Assembly (NCBI GenBank): GCA_965603825.1
Contig: CBFDEM010000063.1
Coordinates: 310,001-374,000 of the forward strand
DNA length: 64,000 nt
Source of the DNA: Blepharisma stoltei ATCC 30299
Lineage: Eukaryota > Protista > Ciliophora
Reading direction: 5' to 3'
The notes under the pieces were generated by a model. The model was not told the DNA's origin. It did no database searches and saw only the letters and a program-made list of their open reading frames with translations. Position numbers and translations under genes: made by a program. This document shows, one piece after another, positions 40,060-52,500 of the stretch; position 1 is the stretch's first letter, and every line of letters begins with the position of its first letter.

Positions 40060-40074
40060 CTAAATTAACTTTAC
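40060..40074 (-). other. 15-nt intron in copy E (GTAAAGTTAATTTAG)
   Basis: GT..AG, phase 0, in-frame TAG, conserved position. Confidence 0.85.
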
Positions 40075-43000
40075 AATGAAAGATCAGCAAAGAAGATAGT
40101 TCGTAAGCTTAATGGAATTTTCAAAATATCCAGAGTTTTCTACACTTAATATGCCAATTATAGCAGCGAAACCAACTTCTAGATAATTTAAGATCCAAAA
40201 CCGTAAAAATGTGCCAAATTTGTATTCATTACATATCTTGTTGAGTTTTTTCCCTACATATCTCTGAGAGCATTTAGATAAATAATATACCGGAGGAATA
40301 ATAGCTATAATAAAAAATAGAACTGTTAAATTATTTCCCACATTTACAAGTATTAAGTCACTATCATATCCATATTTTTTTGCCTGATAATAAGGAGTAT
40401 TGCCTTGATTTTCATCAACAAATAATAGAAATAAGTTCGGGACAATATTAAAATCATTCATTGACTTAAAAAATGCAGAAATTTTATCTGTCAAAGGGTA
40501 GTTTGCATAAGGTATGTAAGAGAGAAGCTGAATTGTGTTAAGCATGGTTCATAAGCCAGAAGGGTTTGGGCTGAACATTGCCAAAGCAATACTAGAGCCA
40601 ACCAAAATTTTTGCTCCTGAAGAAACTTGATTTTGAATTTTCGCAATTTCTTGCTGCTCAGAAGTCATTGCGGATTGATAAAGAGAGCCTGCTAAATAAT
40701 TATCGCGAATTACTCCACCAGATATTGAAATAACAGCAGTGTGATCTAAAAAATATACAGAAACTAATGTGCCCTTTGATATTCCTCCACCAAAATTGCA
40801 TGATATTAAATATTCGTTATTTGAAATGTAATCAACAGATCATGATGGTATTGTCTGATTATATGTGCAAGTTGTTGTCCCAATATATCCAGGAGAGCAA
40901 GAGCAGCTCCCTGATTGCAATGTGGCGTTATTTATACATCATGTGCACTTAGTTTCGTTATCACATTGAGCACAAAGAGGAGGACAGTCATAGCAAGAGT
41001 CATTTGCTTTGTATTGCCATTGATGACACATCTCGCATATTCCTGAGCTCGAATTCCAAGTAAGACCATAATCGCATTGGCAATTTGCTCTATTTGATGT
41101 TCCAGATATGCATTCAAGACAGGAGTCTGCAGTGTAATCAGAGCAAGATATACATTTAGGATTGTCACAAAGGTTGCAAAATTTACTAGAATCTTTGCAG
41201 CTTGAGCATTCAATACTACATTTGGAGCATTTATTATATTCTGGACCAACTCAGTACTGATTAATGAGACAATTAGGGATGCAGACACTAGTTGTAAGGC
41301 ATGCTTTACAATTTTCTGTACATTTTGCTGCAGGTAATGAGAGGGATAATATAATTTTTACTGAGTTATATCCCTTAATATCGTAAATAAACCCTTTAAA
41401 ATAATTAGAATAGCCCAAAGAACCTATTTCTGCTCCAAGTGTAAAAGTAAAGTCTGTTTTCGTATCCTTAAAATAGTCAGATCCGAAATCAACTTGATGA
41501 TCTGCGACTCCATTTAAATAGAATGCTATTTTCGTATTTTTCAAACTTGTATATTCTGTAGAAAAAGCAATATGATTTCATACGTAAGATTCAAGACTTT
41601 GCAAATAAAAGAAATAGTTCAGTCCTGAAGCTTTGAAGTTTAATGAAATCATTACAACCCCTGAAACCAATTGGAGAGAGAAGATTGGCTTATAGAGGTT
41701 ATCTTGTTTTGAGATAATCATTCCAAAGCTACTCTCTATGTTAATTCACATCGAAAATGTAAATGAATAGCCAAAGCTGAGAACTGGACTGCTGTAATTA
41801 GGGTAAATAGGTAAATGCATAATTGAGCTTACTCCATTGAAATAAAATCCTCGATATGAGGCAGCTAATGGATCAAATGGATCATAATCTGGATAAAACG
41901 CTGTACTATTGCCAGTTAATGCAGGAATGCTTCTTTTCTTATCAAAAACAACCCCTTCCAGAGTATCAAAAGACAGATAGAATATAAAAGGATCTTTTTC
42001 TAAGCACACTGATCCACTCTCTATAAACCCATCAGGACACTTTGATATACACCACCCTAAATACATATAAAACCCAGATGCGCAAACTATGCAATCTCCA
42101 GAAGTTGAAGATGTACAGGTTTTGCAAGTGTAATCGCATGAATCACATTTTTCATCCGCTAAATTCCAATAATACCCGTCATAGCATACACAGGCTGATG
42201 AAGATAAATAGGCATGCTCTCTACAAGTTATGCATGTCGATGCATAATCATCACACACTAAACAAATTACATCTTGACATAGGTTACAATTTTTATCATG
42301 TCTAACACAGCCCCAAGTGCATTGAGTTTGGCATGAAGTGCAACTTGATCCATCTGGATAATATAGCAAATCGCAGTTTGGGATGCATGCATTTGATAAT
42401 TCTATAGGGCAAAATGAGCATCCTGAGCAAGTTCCTGAAGTCATCATACTACTAAGTGGTTCATCAGCATTATAAATATTAATACTTCATAAAAATCCAG
42501 TATAAAAGTTTGTATTTGAAATTGTGTCAGCACCAATGGCAATAGAAAACGATGAAGAAATATCTTGATATCATGAATAAACTAGATCAGAGGATAATTC
42601 ATTAGAAGAGTCTATGTAAAAGGAAATAATTTGCTGCGGTGTGGAGCTTATAATACTTTTAACAGCAATAAAATTCCAAGATCCTAAATTAACTGATAAG
42701 CTAGTACTTGTGTATGAAACTGTTGTTCCACCTTTTAGTTTCATTGAAAAATTAAGTTTGCTAGAGATCAATGATAATGCAATAAAGGCTGAAGGTGAGT
42801 TGTCTTGTTTAGAGATTATGTATCCAGTATCTGATCTTGGGTTTATTCATGCTGAAATAGTGAATTCTGCTCCAAATGTTATGGATGGTGAAGCATCAAT
42901 TGATTTTATAAAGGAGGTTCCTCTAAAATAGTAACCTCTTAGTTTTGCAGCAAATGGATCTCCAGAATTATAGAACGGATAAAAACTATCATCATTACCA

Positions 43001-46000
43001 GTTTGAAAAGCAACGTTACCTACTGAGTCATAAACTGTGTCTTTTATCTGGTTAAATCTTAAATTAAATGCTAGGCCGTGAGATAGATTGCAATTATTGG
43101 CTCCTGAAACATATCCAGAAGGACAAAATTCCAAGCAAATGTTTGATAGCATAAACAAAGAAGTCCCACATTGAATGCATTCAGTGAAAGAAGGCCCTGT
43201 GCATGATGAACAAATGGAGTGGCAGAGATCGCAGGTTTCTGTGCTTCCATTCCAATAAGCATTTAGGTTGCATTGGCATGAATCTCCTACAAATCCCGCA
43301 TTTGTAATGCAGCTTAAGCACTTATTTGAAAAAGATGTGCAGGAATAGCATTCTTTTTCACTGCAAAGTGTGCATGCTAGATTGCTTCTACACCCATTAG
43401 AGCATGATGTTTTGCATGGATCACATGTAGTGCTATCAGGATAATTTGCTAGCGAGCAAGAGCTTGGACAGAAATCTCCAGCCGGGCAACTTGTGCAAGG
43501 GTTTGCAGTGCAAGTCGTAGTTGTTCAGTCGGAATTGGCATGAGTTTCATCATTATATATTTTTAAACTCCACAGGAATCCTTTGAAGCCAGTCTGTGAC
43601 GCATTATCAGAGCCAATTTGAAAAATTCCAGAAATATTATCTCTTAAGTATGTTTGAGATACTGAAGTCTTTGTCATAGCAAGTGATGAGTCTATATAAC
43701 TATAAGAACTATAAGTCCCATCTGCATTAATTGATCCAGAAAATGACAAGTAATGCCAATCAAAAAATAAATTTTGTGGAGTAGCCGCATTAAGAGATGA
43801 TCCATCTTTAAGTAATAAATTGAGATTTGAATCGCCGCTGCTGTCAATTTTAACAACTAAATATTGAGAAGCTCCATAGTATTTTTCAATTAAAAGTCCC
43901 TGATCAATAACCTTAACCCAAAGCATGATGGAGAAATAAGGACTAAAAATTAAAGAGCTAGTCATATGACTTTGTCCAGTGAAATAGTATCCACGGCTAA
44001 TTGAAGGAATGGGATCGTTTGAATCAATCACAGGATAAACATTTGTATTGAGATTTCCAACATTAAACCCTGATAAAGTGTCAAGCACTATATAATCATC
44101 CAATTCTAAATCTACAACTAAACTATTCACTAAGTCACATTTATTCGTGCCTGGATTTTGACTATAGCCACTTTGGCATTGTGTATCACATATGACATTT
44201 AAAAAATAATATGTAGAGTCGCAAGCCGAGCATTGGTAATAATGTGATGATGAACAAATAGAGCATCCAGTAAAGCAAGGCAAGCAAGAAAACCCATCTG
44301 GAGACAAGTAATAGTCTAAATCGCAACTACAAGGTGAGCCATGGGCATGTGAAACACAAGTAGTGCACTTATTTGTATCAAATCCAGCACACACACTACA
44401 AAGGGGGTCATCACAAACATTACAAGATCCACTTCTCGTGCATCCCAAAGTACAAGTAGAATCACAACTCTGGCATGCTGCTGAATATCAGTATTTACTT
44501 ATATCGCATCCCCATAGACAAGTAGCTAATAAGCCAGATCCACAAATTTCATCAAGCTGTGTTGAAAAATCAGAAATAGCAACATTTCAGAGTTGATATT
44601 TGTAGATAAACCCTGTAAAATACGATGATGAGCTGCCACCTATTTTGATTTTTTGATTAACGGTATCTCTATAAATTAGAGTATTGTAAGTAGATGATGC
44701 AACAGAAACATTATTATTATAAACAGTTAAAGTAGTTATTACTGTCGGGTTGTCAAATGAGCATGTAAATGATAAGTATTTTCACATTACAAAAGGTGTG
44801 CTTGACAGAGTTTTTGATAAAGCTGCCTCTGATGGACTTTCTAATATAATTTTTATAGAGCCAGATGACTCTAGAGTAATTCTTGAATTGGATAAAATAT
44901 CTCCTGAAGAAATTACATAAATCCAGAAACCTATCGAGAAGCTATGTGACAGATAAATATTAGTATTTGATATTAAATATTGACTTCCATTGAAATATAA
45001 ACCTCTTTGTTTTGCAGGGATAGGGTCTACTGTTTCAGGCAAGTTAAAAAATTGATAGGAGCTTGGATTTGTTCCAGTGGTAAAGATTGTATATGTACCT
45101 TGAAAATCGCTATTGAATTCTATATCTATCACAGGAGAAGTTATTGTCACACATGGACTCGTAAATCCATATGGGCAGGCTCTTAAACAAATATTTGAAA
45201 CAAGATAATAAGATCCACAAGATGTACACAAAAAATAATTATTTGTTTGGCATTGGCTGCATAAATTGTCACATATCATGCACCCATCCAAGCTTTGCTC
45301 CCAAAAAGCATTATTATTGCAAACACATGTGGTTCCTGAAATGCTTGCATTTGTTATACAGGATGTGCAAGGTCCATCAAAAGTTGTGCATGCCAGACAT
45401 TCTTTATCTTTGCATAGTCTGCAGGTGAGTGTTGATCTGCAACCATAAGGACATGAACCTACACAAGAAATACAGGAACTTGAATAATACTGCCCGAATG
45501 GACAACTATCAGGGCATTTAAGCTCAGAAGGGCAAGCAGTGCAGCCAGGGCAGCCTGAAGTTATTCACTCCTGAGATGCGTATGTATTGTCATTATAAAT
45601 TTTGAAGCTCCATATAAATCCAGTAAAACCTCCAGATGCTGTACTGTCTTTTCCAATGTAAAGTGTTCCGAGATCTTTATAATATGCTGAGGAGGCAGAA
45701 GTAGCTGATGTTGGAGTTCCTCCATCTATTGATCGGATAAGAACAGTATGTCCTGAAGTAAGTCCACCAGTAAATGCTATATAATGCCAACTTGAAGACA
45801 GGCTAGAAGAACTACTTATGCTAACTGAAGTCGAATCTGAAAGCCTAAGATTAATTCCAGATATTCCTGAGGCAAAATTTATATAAGAGTATATTGTGGT
45901 GCCATCAAATTTCATAAATAAATATCCATCACTAAGAGGCTTTACCCAGACTAGTAATGAGAAATATGGACTTATAGTGAATGATGCAAGACTCATATAA

Positions 46001-49000
46001 TTATTCCCTGAAAAATAGTATCCTCTATAAATTGAAGGGATTGGATCAGCTGTTTCTCATGTTGGGTATTCATTTGAGTTTGAAGATCCTACAGACAATC
46101 CGCTAACTGTATCTAATTGAATTAAATTTTGAAGTTAGACGCTTAAAGGATTGGATGCAGATAGAGTGCAAGAATGTCCTGAAGAATCTGCAGTATAGCC
46201 TGAAGGGCAATAAGTAAGACACATTGTTTTCAATAAATAATAGCTAGAGAAGCAAGAGCTGCAATGGTAATAAAGAGTCCCAGTGCAAGAAGCACATCCA
46301 GTAAAGCATGGTACACAAGAAAACCCATCAGTAGAAGCCACATAACCAGCATTGCAAGTGCAAGGAGTTCCAGACGCATTGGAAACACATTGTGTGCAAA
46401 GACCTGTTAAAAATCCTGTGCATACACTACAAAGAGGATCAAAGCAAACATCGCAAGAGACATTTCTGACACAACCATTTGTGCATGAATTGCAGTTTGT
46501 AGGTGTGGCTCCATCCATTCATTGAGATAAAGGACAAGTCCAAAGGCAGCTAGCTGTTGCTCCTGTGCCACATATTTGATCTGAATATTGTGTATTGAAA
46601 TTTGAGACAGCAACATTTCATAGAGTGAACTGATAAATATACCCTAAGAAATTGCTTGAAGAACTCTTGCCAAGGATTATTGCATTATTTGTTGCATCTC
46701 TGTATATATATTGATTAGTCGTAATAGAAGTTTTCGGCGAATTGTTCAAATACGGGACAATAGTTGTTGATAAAGTAGATGAAGAAAATGAGGTCGCAAA
46801 AGAAATGTAGACCCAGGCTGAGTTCGATGGATTTAAAGCTGCAGTTGTTACCGTTGTAGTGGCTTCTAGTCTATTCTCTAATATAATCGTTAGAACACCA
46901 TTTGCAGATATCGTTATTTTATACCCTGAGCTATTTGCTAAAATATCGCCTGAGCCTGATAGTATCCAAACCCAAAAACCAATTGAAAAATTAAGTGAAA
47001 TATAAACAGCTGATGATTGAAGGTACATGCCACTAGAAAAATAAAGTCCTCTACCTTTAGCTGGAATGGGATCTACTGTTTCTGGGGTATTAAAAAATTG
47101 ATAGCTGCTTGAGCTTGTTCCTGTTTTAAAAGGGCCATAAGTTCCTAAAAAATAATTAGCAAAGCTTTGATCAATGACAGCTGTAGAAACTGAAGTGCAA
47201 GGCGAGCCGAATCCATAAGGGCATGCTCTTAAACATACACTTGAAACTAGAACATTTGGAGATACGCAGGTTGTGCATAAAAAGTTCATTGAGCCAGAGC
47301 AAACGTTGCATAAATTGTCACATTTCTCACAGGTTCTCGTTGCATAAACTCAATAGGCATTTGAGCTGCATTGGCATGCCCCACTGACAGCTTGGGCATT
47401 GGCAATGCAAGTTGCGCATGTCAATGTTGGGTTATTGCACACAGCGCATCTATCTGTGTAGCATTGATTGCAATTGTCTGCTATAGCGCAATTTCCTCTT
47501 ATTAAAAGTATTCCAGCAATTTTTGCTAATTCTAAACTTGGAGTAAATCTGACATTAAGAATGCCGCCAGAAAATGCTCCAGAAATCAAATTTCCGCCAA
47601 TATAAACACTTCCACTTGTAAGTGTAAATTCTGTAAACAGGTCAAAAGCAGCATTATAGCTTGAAGCTGCCACTATGTCTAAATTTGAATAAACAACATA
47701 ACTTCCAATTTTTACTGTAAATTTTCTTTTTCCTGTTTGTGTGAAATAAATTTCAGAAAATTGAAGAATAAGCACATACGCCCCATCAGGACTGACTGGG
47801 ATATCATATCCTCAAGTTCCAGTTGCAACCCTTTCTGATTGATAAATATAGTCATTTACTGTGCGTGAAATAGCGAGAGATCCATCAAAATAAGCATTAG
47901 AGCCTGAAGTGTAATAGCTATCAGGAGAATATGCAAAGCCAAATGTCGAGGTATAAGCTCCACCACCTGCATTCATTGCTAAGACAACGGTAGAAGAGTC
48001 AAGAGAGTAGCATACGATTATTTCTATGAAAATAACCAGAAGCTGCTTAAAATCACCTAACATTTTTATATTATTTTAACTCTCTTAAAATTTGGATAAA
48101 CAATTGTAAGGATCAATTATAAAAATGGTGATGAAATAGATATGCAATGTGCAGCTAATTGAGAAATCTTTAATTTTGATTGACAAGCAATGAGAATTTT
48201 TCTTAAAAAATAAATTAAGGTATATAGTTTATATTGAGGGAGTGCAAAAGTGAAGATAAGATGGGTGAAATTTAGAAGATTGGAGCAAGAAAATATCTAG
48301 TATATTTTCTAAAGAAATTGGATTTTTTCTAGGCCTTGAGGCATGCCGCATGATTTAATCATATTCTTGAGGCAATTTATTTACAGTTCCCAAAAGCAAA
48401 AGTTTGATCAAAATTATCATAGCATAATGCTTCATAATTTGGTAATAATGAGCGAAGTAATTTATATCAATATTTCAACATTTCTTTATCTTTTTTACAC
48501 TAAAATTTATTTCTCTGTCTTTTTACTTGCTTCGAATAATTTATCTCCCTCAAATCACTATGAGAATTAAGTTCTTCTCATTTTATAATTCAAGTCTTCA
48601 ATAGAATTTTTAGTTTGAGAACCAAATTAGAGCTATAATGCGGCTTTAAGCTTATACTCTCTTCAAATTGAGGTCTATTAGTATAAATACGAGGCTGAAC
48701 CAATAAATGATTGGCTACACCATTAAAATTATTAAAATCTATAAGGTTTAGTAAGCTAAGGCGATATTATTGATACTTTTAATGTAAAGAAAATTAGCAA
48801 TTAAGCTTAATAATTATCTTTATCTTATGAATAGATTTTTATATGTTAGTCAGCAATGATCTAGTTTGGAGTAGATATCTGTGTAAAATGTTGGTTTTCT
48901 CCAACATTTGCTGTAGTTTCGTTGCCAAAAAAGTCTCCTAAATTGTTTAAATCTATCCTCTTCGTTTTTGTTGCTAATTTTATTGGATTTGAGCGTAAAT

Positions 49001-49259
49001 CTTTTCCAAAATTTCTTTTAACTGCATAATAAAGCTCTTTTAAGGAGTTTATGAATGGCCCTGCAGATTGGACCATCATAAGAGATACAACAAATATCAT
49101 AATTACACTGTCCATAGCATCAAGACCGCTTGAGCCAAGATCAAAAAAATATGGGCTGAGCAACATAAAAGTGATAGAAATTCCGCATTCTGTAATTAAG
49201 TTCGTAAGCTGAATAATCGTATCTTCAAAAGGCTTATACACAAATACAAACAGGGCAAT

Positions 49260-49274
49260 CTAATTAAAAATTAC
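49260..49274 (-). other. 15-nt intron in copy F (GTAATTTTTAATTAG)
   Basis: GT..AG, phase 0, in-frame TAG, conserved position. Confidence 0.85.
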
Positions 49275-49532
49275 ACATAAGGATGCTACTGTATTAATTG
49301 TAAGCTGACTCTGAGGATAATCAATTAAAAAAACTTGAACCGCGATAAAAATTAGCTGTCTGATAAAAAACAAAGTATAATATTGTGTACTCATAAACCC
49401 TAAATCGTTTTTAAACTCATAATACAAAGAATTTCAAGGAATTAGCCATTTTCTGTTTCTTTTGTTTATAATTTTGCTTATGTTTTTAAAACTAAAATAT
49501 GAATGAAGCAATGGAGTTATGATCATCACAAC

Positions 49533-49547
49533 CTAAATTAAACTTAC
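49533..49547 (-). other. 15-nt intron in copy F (GTAAGTTTAATTTAG)
   Basis: GT..AG, phase 0, in-frame TAG, conserved position. Confidence 0.85.
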
Positions 49548-52500
49548 AATGAAAAACCAGCAAAGAAGATAATTCGTGAGTTTGGTTGGGCTATCAAATA
49601 TTTCAGAGTTTTCTACGCTCAAAATGCCAATTATAGCTGCAAACCCTACCTCTAGATAATTTAAGATCCAAAATCGTAAAAATGTGCCAAATTTATAATC
49701 ATCGTATATTTTTTTTAGCTTCTTTCCTATTACTCTCTGAGAGCATTTAGATATATAATAAACTAGAGGAATCAGAGATATAAGACCAAATAAAATTGTC
49801 ACATCATTTCCAACATTTACAAGTATCAAGTCACTATCATATCCATACTTTTTTGCCTGATAATAAGGAGTATTCCCTTGATTTTCAGCAATAAATAATA
49901 AAAATAAATTTGGAACAAAATTGAAATCATTCATTGACTTAAAAAACGCAGAAATTTTATCTGTCAAAGGGTAATTAGCATACGGTATGTAAGAAAGAAG
50001 CTGAATAGTGTTTAGCATAGTCCATAAGCCAGAAGGATTAGGGTTAAACATTACAAGAGCAACACTAGAGCCAACCAAAATTTTTGCTCCTGAAGAAACT
50101 TGATTTTGAATTTTCGCAATTTCTTGCTGCTCAGAAGTCATTGCGGATTGATAAAGAGAGCCTGCTAAATAATTATCGCGAATTACTCCACCAGATATTG
50201 AAATAACAGCAGTGTGATCTAAAAAATATACAGAAACTAATGTGCCCTTTGATATTCCTCCACCAAAATTGCATGATATTAAATATTCGTTATTTGAAAT
50301 GTAATCAACAGATCATGATGGTATTGTCTGATTATATGTGCAAGTTGTTGTTCCAATATATCCAGGAGAACAAGTACAGCTCCCTGATTGCAATGTGGCG
50401 TTATTTATACATCATGTGCACTTAGTTTCGTTATCACATTGAGCACAAAGAGGAGGACAGTCATAGCAAGAGTCATTTGCTTTGTATTGCCATTGATGAC
50501 ACATCGCGCATATTCCTGAGCTCGAATTCCAAGCGAGACCATAATCGCATTGACAATTTGTTGTATTTGATGTTCCAGATATGCATTCAAGGCAGGAGTC
50601 TGCAGTGTAATCAGAGCAAGATGCACATTTAGGGTTGTCACAAAGGTTGCAAAATTTACTAGAATCTTTGCAGCTTGAGCATTCACTACTACATTTGGAG
50701 CATTTATTATATTCTGGACCAACCAAGTACTGATTAATCTGGCAATTAGGAATGCAAACACCAGTTGTAAGACATGCTTTACAATTTTCTGTACATTGTG
50801 CTGCAGGTAATGAGAGGGATGATATAATTTTTACTGAGTTATATCCCTTAATGTCGTAAATAAATCCTTTAAAATAATTAGAATAGCCCAAAGAACCTAT
50901 TTCTGCTCCAAGTGTAAAAGTGAAGTCTGTTTTCGTATCCTTAAAATAATCAGATCCGAAATCAACTTGATGATCTTCAGCTCCATTTAAATAGAATGCC
51001 ATTTTCGTATTTTTCAAACTCGTATATTCTGCAGAAAAAGCAATATGATTTCATAAGTAAGATTCAAGACTTTGCAAATAAAAGAAATAGTTTAGTCCTG
51101 GAGCTTTGAAGTTTAATGAAATCATTACAACCCCTGAAGCCAATTGGAGAGAGAAGATTGGCTTATAGAGGCTATCTTGCTTTGAGATAATCGTTCCAAA
51201 GCCACTCTCTATGTTAATTCATATTGAAAATGTAAATGAATATCCAAAGCTGAGAACTGGACTACTGTAATTAGGGTAAATAGGTAAATGCATAATTGAG
51301 CTTATTCCATTGAAATAGAATCCTCGATATGAGGCAGCTAATGGATCAAATGGATCATAATCTGGATAAAATGCAGTACTATTACCAGTTAATGCTGGTA
51401 TTTTGCTTTTTTGATCAAAAACTACTCCTTCTAGAGTATTAAAAGATAGATAGAATATAAAAGGATCCTTTTCCATACATAAGGATCCTTTTTCTATATA
51501 TCCATCTGGACACTTCGAGATGCATCAGCCTAAATACATGTAGAATCCAGAAGCGCAAATAATACAGTCTCCAGGAGCTGATGACGTGCAAGTTTTGCAA
51601 GTATAATCACATAAGGTGCATTCTTCATTTGCTGAATTTCAGTAATATCCATCATAGCATACGCAAGTTGATGAAGATAAATAGGCATGCTCTCTGCAAG
51701 TTATGCATGTCGACGCATAGTCATCACATATTAAGCAAATTACATCTTGGCATAAATTGCAGTTTTTATCAGGTCTCACACAGCCCCAAGTGCACTGAGC
51801 TTGGCATGAGGCACAACTGGAGCCAGCTGGATAATGTGATAAATCGCAGTTCGGAATGCATTCATTTGATAATTCTATAGGGCAAAATGAGCATCCTGAG
51901 CAAGTTCCTGAAGTCACCATACTACTAAGTGGTTCATCAATATTATAAATATTAATATTTCATAAAAACCCAGTATAAAAGTTTGTGTTTGAATTCGCAT
52001 CAGCTCCAATGGCAATAGAAAATGATGAAGAAATATCTTGATATCATGAAGCTGCGAGATCTAGGGATATTTCAGAGTAAGAATCAACATAAAATGAAAT
52101 TTTTTGCTGAGGCGTTGAGCTTATTATGCTCTTAACTGCAATAAAATTTCAAGATCCTAAAGTAACTGATAAACTGGTGCTTGCATATGAAACTGTTGTC
52201 CCATCTTGCAATTTAATCAAGAAATTAAGCTTTCCTGAAATCAGTGAAAATACAATAAAATTTGAAAGTGAGCTGTCATATTTAGAAAATATGTAACCAG
52301 TGTTTGAAGTTGGATTTATTCATGCTGCAATAGTGAATTCTGCTCCAAAAGTTAAGGAGGGGGGACTATCAATTGATTTCATGAAGGAGGTTCCTCTAAA
52401 ATAGTATCCTCTCAGTTCTGCAGCGTATGGGTCTTCGGCTGTATAAAATGGGTAAAAGTTATTATCATTACCAGTTTGAAAAGCAACGTTTCCTATTGAG

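Larger units (their letters stand above)
39376..48063 (-). pseudogene. Giant lectin-module multipass membrane gene, copy E: SP - malectin - L1..L6 - shortened stalk - TM domain, with one premature TAA
   Basis: Single frame throughout (TGA=Trp, two introns), except TAA at 46135-46137 (NPLSV*LQNL, where paralogs have Ser). Confidence 0.75.

Noticed and set aside
48343-48570. Short intergenic ORFs (48343-48570, 57778-57978, 59463-59672)
   Set aside because: AT-rich low-complexity translations without motifs, most likely chance ORFs.
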